Shown here piece by piece: positions 41,916 through 50,407 of a stretch of DNA of 64,000 nucleotides; within the stretch, counting starts at the first letter, position 1, and every line of letters begins with the position of its first letter. The translations under genes and the position numbers were made by a program. The notes below the pieces were generated by a model. The model was not told where the DNA came from. It saw only the letters and a list, made by a program, of their open reading frames with translations, and did not search any database. Origin of the DNA: an uncultured Gammaproteobacteria bacterium. Lineage in GTDB: Bacteria; Pseudomonadota; Gammaproteobacteria; Chromatiales; Chromatiaceae. The DNA lies in NCBI GenBank assembly GCA_963818415.1, contig CAWFSC010000014.1, positions 51,024 through 115,023 of the forward strand. Reading direction: 5' to 3'.

Positions 41916-43637
41916 TCAGTACCGCAACAGGATCTCGGCCGGGCAGGCGTGGCAAAGCGCCCAGTCTGGGCCGAAGTTCGCGCTGGCCTGGCCGTCGATC
42001 TCGACCCGGACCAAGGGTCGCGGCAGCGGCGGCATGAGGATCAAGCCGCCGGGCGGGACGGTCAGATCCCCTGAGAGCGAGAGACGCAGCCGATCCGGTG
42101 CCTCCCGACGCAGGCGGTAGCTGATCAGCCCGTGCTGGGTCGGCAGATCGCGCACCCACACCTCGCCGCCTTCGTTCAGCCAGTCCTCGGCGACTCCGGC
42201 GGCGATGACCAGGCTCTGGTCGGATTCGCGCTCGTAGGCGAAGAAGCCGCGCACCGCGAGGATGTACTCGGCGCCGATCCAGCTATGCGGCATGTCCCCG
42301 ATGAAGCTGGGGCCGAGCGGGTCGCGCCAGGAGATCTCGGGCCACTGGTTCCAGGGCTGGATGCGGCGGTCGGCGAGGAAGAAGTCCAGCAGTTCGTGCG
42401 CCTCGCGCCGCCAGCCGAGCCGGACCAGGGCGGCGATGATGCGGATCTCGTAGGCGGTGTAGTTGGCCCAGTTGGCGTCGGGACCGGTGCGCTCGCGGAA
42501 GCCGATCAGGTATTTCTCGAAGGTCTGTTCGATCGCCGGGCTGGGCAGATTGTGCAGCTCGTCGGCGATGGCGATGGCGATGGCCGTGGCCGAGGGATCG
42601 AAGTCGGCGAACTCGACCGAGCCGGGGACGAAGTCGATCCCGCGCTCGGCGATGACGCGATCGAGCGAGGCGTAGAGGGTCTCCTGGAAGGCGTCGCGCA
42701 GGGCCGCGATGCGTTGCGCCTGATCGGCTCGCCGAGAGATCCCGGCCATCTCGGCGGCGTCCTTGAAGCCGCGCACGGCCCAGAAATCGTCCCAATAGGC
42801 ATGGACCGGATGGGCCATGTAGCCCTCGTGACTCATGGACTCGGGCAGGATTCCGTAACAGGCGCGCTTGGCCTCGGTCTGGTACTCGGGCGTGAGGCGC
42901 TGGTTGCGCAGCCGTTCCAGGTAGTCGACCGACTTGAGCACCGCCGGCCATAGTTCGGCCAGAAAGTCGCTGTCCCCACTGAAGCGGTAGTGATCCATGA
43001 CCGCGAAGATCAGCTCACCCCAGCAATCGAACTCGGGCAGCCACTCCTGGCCGTCGCGATCCGCGCAGTCCGGCAGGTTGCCGTCCTCGGTCTGAAAGCC
43101 GGCATACCAGCGGATGAAGTCGCGCCCGGCCTCGGGGCGGCCGACCCGCGCCAGCGCCGCGCCCATGAGCGCGCCATCGCGAATCCAGGCGCGCGAGTAG
43201 CGGCGCGGGCCGGGTTGCAGCGCGGGACCGTCGCGACTGATGAGGATGTGGGCGGCGGCGGTCTTGAGGGTCTCGACGACCCCGGCGGCCTGGGGCGGGA
43301 GCTGGATGTCCAGCACGTCGAGCTTGGCCTCCCAGTCGGACAGGGCGCGCGCGAACGGCTCGCCGCCGTCCAGATCGGTCGGCCAGCCTGCCGCCCGATC
43401 CTCCGTGCAGTCACCGAAGGGGACGGCGAGGAAGACCTCCCGTTCCGAGCGCGCCGGCAGCTCCAGATCGAAGCGCAATGCCCCGGAGGCATAACCGAAG
43501 GGGTCGCTCACCCGGTCCTGGGCGGGCAGCTCGCCCGACTTCAGATAATCCGTGATCGCGCCCTGGGCGAAGGTCGCCGCCCCGAACCCACTGGGCGCGG
43601 TGAGCGGGATGATCCGCTTGCCCTGGTTGACCCGCAC
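41916..43637 (-). CDS. six-hairpin glycosidase-like (GH15-like) region; probably the C-terminal part of one ~1030-aa protein
   Basis: Intact 573-aa ORF. RRYSRAWIRDGALMGAALARVGRPEAGRDFIRWY resembles the GH15 (alpha/alpha)6 motif. The frame upstream of its Met (..ELAYEAGTVRVNQGK..) continues the 43648..45006 ORF after a single frame change near 43660. Confidence 0.7.
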   Translation of the reverse strand: MRVNQGKRIIPLTAPSGFGAATFAQGAITDYLKSGELPAQDRVSDPFGYASGALRFDLELPARSEREVFLAVPFGDCTEDRAAGWPTDLDGGEPFARALSDWEAKLDVLDIQLPPQAAGVVETLKTAAAHILISRDGPALQPGPRRYSRAWIRDGALMGAALARVGRPEAGRDFIRWYAGFQTEDGNLPDCADRDGQEWLPEFDCWGELIFAVMDHYRFSGDSDFLAELWPAVLKSVDYLERLRNQRLTPEYQTEAKRACYGILPESMSHEGYMAHPVHAYWDDFWAVRGFKDAAEMAGISRRADQAQRIAALRDAFQETLYASLDRVIAERGIDFVPGSVEFADFDPSATAIAIAIADELHNLPSPAIEQTFEKYLIGFRERTGPDANWANYTAYEIRIIAALVRLGWRREAHELLDFFLADRRIQPWNQWPEISWRDPLGPSFIGDMPHSWIGAEYILAVRGFFAYERESDQSLVIAAGVAEDWLNEGGEVWVRDLPTQHGLISYRLRREAPDRLRLSLSGDLTVPPGGLILMPPLPRPLVRVEIDGQASANFGPDWALCHACPAEILLRY

Positions 43638-43647
43638 CGTCCCGGCC

Positions 43648-45006
43648 TCATAGGCCAGCTCTGCTTATCTGGCTGACGCCGCCGAAGCGCTGCCAATGCT
43701 GCCAGGTCGGCGTGACCTGGAAGGGCCGGATGGCGGCGAAGAGCGACACCGGCCGCGCCGCGTCCGAGTCGTTCGTGATCCGGTAGCGGATGAAGAGGCT
43801 GGACGCCCCGCTCGGCCCGGTGGCGAAGGCGGTGGTGCTCAGCCGCAGGTCGCCGACGCGCCAGTCGGACGAGGGGATCGGCAGATAACCCCGCTCCAGG
43901 CTTTGCGTGACCTCGGCGTCGGCCCAGGCGATGAGTTGGCCGTCGGCGAAGAGGAAGGGCTCGATGGAGAAGCTGCCCTTGTCGACCTCGACCAGACCCT
44001 CCTCGTTGAAGAGCGCCTGGGTGATGTCCTCGCCCGTGCCGACGGGCGTCCAGTAGGTCTGACGGCCGAGGAAGTATTTCGGATAGAGCCCTGGGCGCGC
44101 GCGCTTGGCGATGGCGGCGAGGAAATCATTCAGTGAACGCGAGAAGTCGTAGGGCTGGACCTCGACGCACTGGATGCCGATCCCCTCCCCGCCCGACTCC
44201 GGCCCGAGATCGAGCGCCACATAGCGAGAGGCGGCGTCCGGCAGGTAGACATAGGTCTCCTCGCCGACCCCTTGGTCGGTCTCCAGACAGGTTCGCCACG
44301 CCTGACCATCGGAGGAGAGCTGGATGGCGAGCCGTCGCGGGCGCCGCGCGGGATCCCAGCGGATCGCCAGACCGCCGTACTCGCGCTCGGCCTGGAAATC
44401 GATCAGGAGCCGTTGGGGTTGATCGAGCGGCGCGCTACGCCAGCCGGTCGTGGGGGATGGATCGTGGACATGATGCGGCTCGCAACCCGGCAGGGCGCTG
44501 GTCGCCTCGATCAGCGGGGTTAGGTAGTAGCTGGTGTCCGTGAGACGCAGATCCTCGATCCAGACGCTGCCCTGTCCGCCGGGTCCGGCGGCGATCACGA
44601 ACTCGATGGCGGCGATGTCCCGCGCCGTGCCTCCGCCGACAGGCCCCCAGGCGAAGGCGATCTGGCTGCTCTTGATGCGCAGGTCGCTCCAATCCTCGGG
44701 CATCGCGAAGACGTCCTCGCGATAGCGCCAGACGTTCTGGGCGGAGGCATCCACCAGCTTGAATTCGAAGATGTTGGCCGGTGCCTGGCCACGGATGCCG
44801 AAGCTGAAGGCATAGTTTTCCGGCAGGCGGAGATCGAACGCCTTGCGCGCAACCACGAAACCGCCGCCGCCCTGGAAATCGAAGTCCAGGCGCATCGCCG
44901 TCCCATGGCGTCCGGGCTCCGGCGTGAGGTTCAACCGCGCCTGTCCCGAGGCGATGGCGGTCCAGCCAGACAGATCCTCGAAGTCATCCAAAATGTCGGC
45001 GCTCAT
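43648..45006 (-). CDS. carbohydrate-binding-module-like plus F5/8 type C (discoidin)-like region; N-terminal part of the same protein
   Basis: No signal peptide (MSADILDDFEDLSGW). GWRSAPLDQPQRLLIDFQAEREYGGLAIRWDP...LAIQLSSDGQAW is discoidin-like. The start overlaps the ABC gene stop (ATGA, 45003-45006). Confidence 0.7.
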   Translation of the reverse strand: MSADILDDFEDLSGWTAIASGQARLNLTPEPGRHGTAMRLDFDFQGGGGFVVARKAFDLRLPENYAFSFGIRGQAPANIFEFKLVDASAQNVWRYREDVFAMPEDWSDLRIKSSQIAFAWGPVGGGTARDIAAIEFVIAAGPGGQGSVWIEDLRLTDTSYYLTPLIEATSALPGCEPHHVHDPSPTTGWRSAPLDQPQRLLIDFQAEREYGGLAIRWDPARRPRRLAIQLSSDGQAWRTCLETDQGVGEETYVYLPDAASRYVALDLGPESGGEGIGIQCVEVQPYDFSRSLNDFLAAIAKRARPGLYPKYFLGRQTYWTPVGTGEDITQALFNEEGLVEVDKGSFSIEPFLFADGQLIAWADAEVTQSLERGYLPIPSSDWRVGDLRLSTTAFATGPSGASSLFIRYRITNDSDAARPVSLFAAIRPFQVTPTWQHWQRFGGVSQISRAGL

Positions 45007-46751
45007 GGGTGGGTTCCCTGTTGGTTGGGATGGGTGTCTTGGTCGGCCGCTGGTCCGGTCGGATCGGTCGTCCAGGTCCAGTCGCCGTCCGCGCGGATAT
45101 CGAGGACGGCGTCATAGGGTTCACTGGAATCGGTGGATCGCCCCAGGTGAATCGAGGTGATGGATGCCTTGGCGAACCGCTCCAGAACCCAGCCGACCCG
45201 CTCGGTTCCCAGCGCCGTGCCGAGCCGGTGGAGGACGACGAAGCGCGGCGCGGCCAGGACGGCGCGCAGACAGGCTAGGAACTGCTGGTCGCCGAGCGAC
45301 AGCAGATTGGACCAGTCCTGCTCGGTATCCAGCCCGCCCGCGCGGGTCAGGAGGGGGCCGAGATTCCAGTCGGCAAGCAATCCCAGAATCCGTCCGTCAG
45401 GGATCAGGGGCTCCCGCCCGACCGGGACGAGGGCCGCGCGCAGGCTGCCGGGCGGCAGATAGGGCCGCTCGGTGAGGAACAGCAGGTCGCGGGGGCTTGG
45501 TCGGATCAAGATCCCCGCGCCGGTCACGGTGAGCCCAGCGGTCGCGCGGAGCAGGGCGAGCGTCGCTGCTTTGTCCGCGCCACGGATCAGCGTCCGCATC
45601 CCCTCGGGGACCGCGACCGACAGCTTCCGGATCAGGATGTGGTCGTCCTCGGACGAGCGCAGGGTGAGTCCCTCATAGGCCAGTCGCCCCTCTTCCTCGC
45701 GGACCGCGATGGCGGACGGTGGCGGAGTCTCGACCTGCTCGAAGGACTCGACCAGCGCGCTGAGTCGCGAGACCACGGCGGCGAAGTTGGAGATCGATTG
45801 GAACTGGGTGACGATCAGCGAAAAGGCGGCCACCAGGGTCGAGAAGGCCATCGCCGACTGGGTGATGACGCCGAATTCGACCTGTCCCGCGATGAAGGCC
45901 GGGGCGATGATAAGGGCCGGGATGATCTGGATCAGCCAGTTGTACCCCGTGCTGAAAAAGCCCAGGTTGCGGTTGATCGTGGTGATACGCCGGAAGTTCT
46001 CCACCAGGGCCGCGCGCCGACCTTGCAAGCCTTCCTCAAGGCGCCCCTCGCCCTGGGCCAGACGGATCGCCTCGGCATTCTCCCGGACATGGATGAGGCC
46101 GGCGCGGAAATTGGCCTCCTTATCGAGCTGATCGTAGTTGAGCCCCACCAGGGGCCGCCCGAGCAGGATGGTCAGCAACGAACCGCTCGCGGCATAGAGC
46201 ACGGCCACCATGAAGAGCAAGGGGCTGATCGACCACAGCACCCCCGAGAAGGCGACCACGGTGAAGCTGCTGTTGAGCAGCATGAGGACGAAGGAGAGCG
46301 TGCTGGTAGTGAAGGCGCGGACGTCCTCGGTGATCCGCTGATCGGGGTTGGCGAGGGCGCGGGAGGCGTCAAGGCGATAGTAGGTGCCGTTGGCGAGATA
46401 GAGCCCGACGGTGCGTCGGGTCATGAAGTCGCGCCAGAGCAGGGCAAGACGTTCCTCGGTAAAGCGCGAGCTGACCGAGATCAGGGTGGAGGCAGCGAAG
46501 ACACCAAGATAAAAAATCGCCTGGCGGACAAATTCGGCCTGGTTGCGGTCCGCGATCGCGGTCATGAAGTCGCGGCCGACGTAGCTGTTGACCACGTTCA
46601 TGCCGTTGATCGCGAACAGAAAGGCGATCAGACCCACGAACATCCAGCGCGCCTTCCCGCCAACCTCGGAGGTCGCAAAGAGCCGGACCGCCCGCGCGAA
46701 GCGGGCGGCGGTGAGTTTGTGGGGGATGCGCTGCGTGTCCATCAGCGCCAC
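45003..46751 (-). CDS. SbmA/BacA (ABC_membrane_2) type ABC half-transporter with a degenerate nucleotide-binding domain
   Basis: The TMD region VGRDFMTAIADRNQAEFVRQAIFYLGVFAAS...LALLWRDFMTRRTVGLYLANGTYYRL is typical of the family. In the NBD, Walker A reads IRGADKAATLALLRATAGL, the Q-loop FLTERPYLP, the signature LSLGDQQ and Walker B FVVLHRLGTALG. Confidence 0.8.
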   Translation of the reverse strand: MALMDTQRIPHKLTAARFARAVRLFATSEVGGKARWMFVGLIAFLFAINGMNVVNSYVGRDFMTAIADRNQAEFVRQAIFYLGVFAASTLISVSSRFTEERLALLWRDFMTRRTVGLYLANGTYYRLDASRALANPDQRITEDVRAFTTSTLSFVLMLLNSSFTVVAFSGVLWSISPLLFMVAVLYAASGSLLTILLGRPLVGLNYDQLDKEANFRAGLIHVRENAEAIRLAQGEGRLEEGLQGRRAALVENFRRITTINRNLGFFSTGYNWLIQIIPALIIAPAFIAGQVEFGVITQSAMAFSTLVAAFSLIVTQFQSISNFAAVVSRLSALVESFEQVETPPPSAIAVREEEGRLAYEGLTLRSSEDDHILIRKLSVAVPEGMRTLIRGADKAATLALLRATAGLTVTGAGILIRPSPRDLLFLTERPYLPPGSLRAALVPVGREPLIPDGRILGLLADWNLGPLLTRAGGLDTEQDWSNLLSLGDQQFLACLRAVLAAPRFVVLHRLGTALGTERVGWVLERFAKASITSIHLGRSTDSSEPYDAVLDIRADGDWTWTTDPTGPAADQDTHPNQQGTHP

Positions 46752-47265
46752 AAGGTCGCTAATTCACGCACCATCGCCTCGAACGGCAATGCCGCAGCCG
46801 ATCGATCCCCGATCGTCTCAGCGATCCCGAGCCACCCCCCGCTCAGAGGCGAATCGGCTTCCAGCACGTTGGTTGGACGGCACACCGGCCAGAGAGCGGA
46901 AACACAATGGTGAGAAAGCATCGGCATAGCCATCTCCGGTCCGAAAGTCCGCGCCCCTGGTTTGCGAGATGGAGACTCAATCGGCTGGGGTTGGAGTGAG
47001 CGTCAAATCGCTCAAGCCTCCGGCGATGCCAAGTCCCTTGCTCTTCTCCAGTGTCAGTGGTGACAGGGTCAGGTTCTATCTCCCCCAACCAGCACACCCG
47101 CCCCGGGGATCTTGTCCCGCGAGGCCGCGAGGACGGTGAAGACCAGCTTGTCCTCGCGTTTCCAGTCTTCGGCTCCTCGTGGAGTGGGGTGAAACAACGA
47201 AACGGCCCCGCCAAGGACCATTCGCGGTTCCATCCGGACAAGGCCGCGATCACGACGACCATGTC

Positions 47266-47302
47266 GCGGCGGGAACCCGCAAGGACTGCCGGTTCCCGCC
47301 GC
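47266..47302 (-). terminator. 12-bp perfect hairpin immediately downstream of the 47306 gene (no U-tract)
   Basis: GCGGCGGGAACC-(13 nt)-GGTTCCCGCCGC, 3 nt from the stop codon. Confidence 0.4.
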
Positions 47303-47305
47303 CGA

Positions 47306-47875
47306 CTATTGGAACTTCACCTTTCCGCTGATCCCGCGCATATAGGAAGCACTGACGCTGTCGCCTGGGGCAACGGACTTGAGTAGCGCCGGATCCTCGA
47401 CCTTGAACGTCATCGACTTTTCAGGCCCCTTAACGGTGACGGTGGAATGCGCCTTGTCGACGGCCGTGATGACACCCGTGACCGTCAGGGATTCGACCAT
47501 CATGCCCGCCGGCTTCTCCCCGGCATCACGCACCACGGTGGACTCCCGCGTCACTCCCGCGGAACCCGCATCCGCCCCTTTTTGCAGGCTGACCAGCACG
47601 AGCTCGGTTTCGGTGATCGTCAGGGCATTGCCGATCTTGATCTCGCCGAGACGCTTAACCTCCTTGGGCACATGCAAGACCTCGAATCGACCCTCGGGCG
47701 TCTTGATGGTCAACATGCGTTTGTCGACATTGACGAAGGTAACCGTGCCCTTTAGCTCGTGAGAGACCGCGGTACCCGCGACCGGTTGCGTCTCGGCGTG
47801 CGCGATGCAGGTGAAGCCCAGGATACCCGCGGCCATGGCGCAAGCGAGCGTGGTCCGGCGTGGCAGTGTCAGCAT
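47306..47875 (-). CDS. periplasmic protein with two CusF/OB-like beta domains (hypothetical)
   Basis: Signal peptide MLTLPRRTTLACAMAAGILGFTCIAHA. An internally duplicated module: KGTVTFVNVDKRMLTIKTPEGRFEVLHVP..IGNALTI versus TVTGVITAVDKAHSTVTVKGPEKSMTFKVED..PGDSVSASY. Confidence 0.7.
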   Translation of the reverse strand: MLTLPRRTTLACAMAAGILGFTCIAHAETQPVAGTAVSHELKGTVTFVNVDKRMLTIKTPEGRFEVLHVPKEVKRLGEIKIGNALTITETELVLVSLQKGADAGSAGVTRESTVVRDAGEKPAGMMVESLTVTGVITAVDKAHSTVTVKGPEKSMTFKVEDPALLKSVAPGDSVSASYMRGISGKVKFQ

Positions 47876-48157
47876 GGGAACCGTCCTCTGAGTTTGGAAT
47901 AGGAGGGGAGAGTGAACGCGGACTAACACTACTTTAGAGCTGCGTCGGCTGCAACAGAACGCCAAACGCCGGCAGGCGCCCTAGCGTTGCCCCGTTCAGC
48001 GTTGAACCGCTTTCCCGGAAGCCACGAACGGGTTGAAGGTGCCGAAATGAGATTTGCCGATTGAAGATGGATTTTAGTCATGCGCTTACATAAACTTTCT
48101 GGCATCGCTGATGAGCTTTGTTTCCCGCGCGGAAACCCCGAACCCAGGATCTGAACC

Positions 48158-48763
48158 ATGCACGCTGACGCAGCCCAAACGAAAGCACCCGACATCTACC
48201 GCACCAAGCCAAGTTCCGCCGCAGCCGTCCCTGCGCGCGGGACGCGCGTCCGCTTGGTCCTGGCACTGACGGGAATCCTGGGCCTGGTGCCCGGCTGCAC
48301 GACGCCTCCACCGTCCAGCGCAGCCTATGTTGGCCACATCGACAAGGTCGTGGTAAGAAAATCGCAACGTCAACTAGAGTTGATCAGCGGCGGCAAGGTC
48401 GTTCGGCACTACCACGTCGCGCTTGGCGGCTCACCGGTCGGCCACAAGTTTCGCGAAGGCGATCAGCGCACCCCCGAGGGAAGCTATGTGCTGAACTGGC
48501 GCAACCCGAACAGCAACTACTACAAGGCCATCCACATCTCCTATCCGAACGAAAAGGATCGCGCCACTAGCCGTAAGCTCGGATACAACCCAGGCGGCAT
48601 GGTCATGCTCCACGGCATGCCCACCTACATCCAATCCGAGAGCATGCGCCGGCAATATGCCAGCCGCGATTGGACGCAGGGCTGCATCGCCCTGCAGAAC
48701 CAGGACATGGACGAGGTCTGGCGCGTGGTCCAGGACGGCACGCCGATCCAGATTGCACCCTAA
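48158..48763 (+). CDS. L,D-transpeptidase (YkuD domain) lipoprotein
   Basis: Lipobox LGLVPGC. VVRKSQRQLELISGGKVVRHYHVALGGSPVGHKFREGDQRTPEGSYV...MLHG...DWTQGCIAL carries the catalytic His/Cys motif. Confidence 0.85.
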   Translation: MHADAAQTKAPDIYRTKPSSAAAVPARGTRVRLVLALTGILGLVPGCTTPPPSSAAYVGHIDKVVVRKSQRQLELISGGKVVRHYHVALGGSPVGHKFREGDQRTPEGSYVLNWRNPNSNYYKAIHISYPNEKDRATSRKLGYNPGGMVMLHGMPTYIQSESMRRQYASRDWTQGCIALQNQDMDEVWRVVQDGTPIQIAP

Positions 48764-49249
48764 AATAGCGTCGATCCGAGCCACGCTCGAATCCGGTGTA
48801 TGAGCTGCGGCTGAAGGGATCTTGGAAGGCTGAACACCGTCGCTAGGAGTGCGGTGATCACGACTCCAAACAGCGACGAGCAGGCGCCCAATGAAAGTCG
48901 ATCCGTGTAAACCGACGAGGGGTCACAAGAGAGAACTGCGCGGTGCTCGGGAAGATGAGAGTGGGGACGGAGGGTGGCGCGCGGGAACCAGTGCCAACTG
49001 ATCCAGCGGGTCGTCACGGCAAAGGAAATTCAAGTCGCTCTTGGGCGAGCGCGAGGCGAACATGCCGTTCGACGCAAAGCAGGGATGGTGGTAACGGCGA
49101 CCCGACGTGGTCCTGTCGCGCTAGAAGTTGCGAAGATGCTCGATCGCTCGGGAGCCGTCATCTAAGGTCAATCGCGCTTTAGCTCCCCGGGGCGACTCGG
49201 CAAACATCGGGGTGCGCGAGGCCACCGCACCTAAAAAGCCAACTGATCA

Positions 49250-49287
49250 ATCGCCAAAACGCAAAGGGCGCGCCGAAAGCGCGCCCT
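49250..49287 (-). terminator. rho-independent terminator of the puc operon
   Basis: On the minus strand, AGGGCGCGC-TTTCG-GCGCGCCCT followed by TTGCGTTTTGG. It is preceded by a second hairpin CAGTAAC-N6-GTTACTG at 49296-49315. Confidence 0.7.
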
Positions 49288-49333
49288 CGCAATCTCAGTA
49301 ACCCGGAGGTTACTGAAGATCCCCGCTAGACAC

Positions 49334-49495
49334 TTATGCGTGCCAGCCGAGACCGACCGCGAAAACAACCCAATGCACAGCGATGGCGATAGCCAGCACG
49401 GCCAGCAGGATGGGCATCAGCCAGGTAGCCGGGTTCACAACCAACCAGATCTTCCAATCGTCTTCGGGGTTCTTCGGCTTTGCGACGTCGCTCAT
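49334..49495 (-). CDS. pucA: light-harvesting complex alpha polypeptide (LH2-type), 53 aa
   Basis: My own translation: MSDVAKPKNPEDDWKIWLVVNPATWLMPILLAVLAIAIAVHWVVFAVGLGWHA. Single TM with a BChl-ligand His. AGAGG RBS. Below the ORF-track length cutoff. Confidence 0.85.
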   Translation of the reverse strand: MSDVAKPKNPEDDWKIWLVVNPATWLMPILLAVLAIAIAVHWVVFAVGLGWHA

Positions 49496-49531
49496 TGTAA
49501 TGACCTCTGTAGAGAATGGATGAGATTCGGC

Positions 49532-49672
49532 TTAGAACCAGGGCTTCGCCGCAATAACGAACAGGTGAGCCAGAGCGGCCAGACCGACGAAAGCGGTGTA
49601 GGACACTTTGAACTGCTCGTGGAATTCTTTTGCTTGCTGTTCGGTCAGACCCGACAAGGATTGCTCGGCCAT
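49532..49672 (-). CDS. pucB: light-harvesting complex beta polypeptide, 46 aa
   Basis: My own translation: MAEQSLSGLTEQQAKEFHEQFKVSYTAFVGLAALAHLFVIAAKPWF. Carries the conserved A-x-x-x-H. GGGAGG RBS. Confidence 0.85.
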   Translation of the reverse strand: MAEQSLSGLTEQQAKEFHEQFKVSYTAFVGLAALAHLFVIAAKPWF

Positions 49673-49765
49673 CGATTAACCTCCCAAAGGGGATGAATGG
49701 AGTCGCCTCTATCGTTCAGGCGGCAGGGTTTTCACCGCGACACTAAGCGCCGCGACGTCTCGAAT

Positions 49766-49972
49766 TTACTTCGCAGCCGGAGCCGCAGCTTCGACAGCCG
49801 CTGGCGCAGCCTTGGCGTGCCAGCCCTGCCCGTCGAGCGAGAAGGCAACGACATGGACCAGGATCGCGGTCAGAGCGACGGCGAGCAGAGTCGGGATCAG
49901 CCAGGTCGCAGGATTGACGACCAGCCAGAATTTGTAGTCTTGCTCAAGCGGCTTGTAACCCATGAATTGCAT
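49766..49972 (-). CDS. pucA: light-harvesting complex alpha polypeptide with an Ala/Pro-rich C-terminal extension
   Basis: MQFMGYKPLEQDYKFWLVVNPATWLIPTLLAVALTAILVHVVAFSLDGQGWHAKAAPAAVEAAAPAAK. The ORF track starts at 49978, but RBS spacing (GAGAGGGG) favours ATG 49972. Confidence 0.85.
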   Translation of the reverse strand: MQFMGYKPLEQDYKFWLVVNPATWLIPTLLAVALTAILVHVVAFSLDGQGWHAKAAPAAVEAAAPAAK

Positions 49973-49985
49973 TGTCATACCCCTC

Positions 49986-50132
49986 TCAATTCCACCAAGG
50001 ATTCGCCGCGATGACGAACAGATGCGCCAGAGCGGCCAGACCCACGAACGCGGTGTAGGTCACCTTGAACTGCTCATGGAACTCTTTCGCCTGCTGCTCG
50101 GTCAGACCCGACAGACTCTTCATATCAGCCAT
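49986..50132 (-). CDS. pucB: light-harvesting complex beta polypeptide, 48 aa
   Basis: My own translation: MADMKSLSGLTEQQAKEFHEQFKVTYTAFVGLAALAHLFVIAANPWWN. Confidence 0.85.
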   Translation of the reverse strand: MADMKSLSGLTEQQAKEFHEQFKVTYTAFVGLAALAHLFVIAANPWWN

Positions 50133-50280
50133 TGTTGGCCTCCATACTCTGGATGTGTGATGTCGTCATTTACACCCTGCGGCGGAACATTGGGCAGCTA
50201 ACCGCCGGATGCATGCCATGCCCAACTACTGGGACTTGAAATCTTTAGGACCCATCAGAGATCCTGGGTGTCATCTTAGC

Positions 50281-50312
50281 TTGACATAGGCAGATGTCAA
50301 GAAGGTTTTACA
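50281..50312. promoter_or_regulatory. overlapping palindromes upstream of pucB2: TTGACAT-N6-ATGTCAA and TGT-N12-ACA (PpsR/CrtJ-type spacing)
   Basis: TTGACATAGGCAGATGTCAA at 50281-50300 (perfect 7-bp arms). TGTCAAGAAGGTTTTACA at 50295-50312. Located 150-180 nt upstream of the pucB2 ATG. Confidence 0.45.
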
Positions 50313-50407
50313 TATACTCGTCGCCGCCGTTGAGCGCGCATGGCGACCGCCCTCTCGCCGCCCGTGACCGCGCCAGTCATTACGAGCGAATTCAGATGCT
50401 TGGGCCA

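Noticed and set aside
45639-46913. 424-aa plus-strand ORF
   Set aside because: It is antisense to the ABC transporter gene and has G/D/R-rich junk composition.
46752-47000. Cobalamin riboswitch upstream of the BacA-like transporter
   Set aside because: No B12-box or GCCACTG-type core was seen on the minus strand. Only generic hairpins are present, and an Infernal scan is needed to be sure.
48780-48800. tRNA-like TCGAATCC string after the L,D-transpeptidase gene
   Set aside because: The flanking bases cannot form a T-arm (CACGC versus CGGTG are not complementary), and there is no acceptor or anticodon arm context.
48764-49249. About 490-bp gap between the L,D-transpeptidase gene and the puc terminator, including ORFs 48760..49017(-) and 48974..49165(+)
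   Set aside because: Neither ORF has an RBS, a signal, or any recognisable similarity. Composition is unconvincing, and the region is left unannotated.
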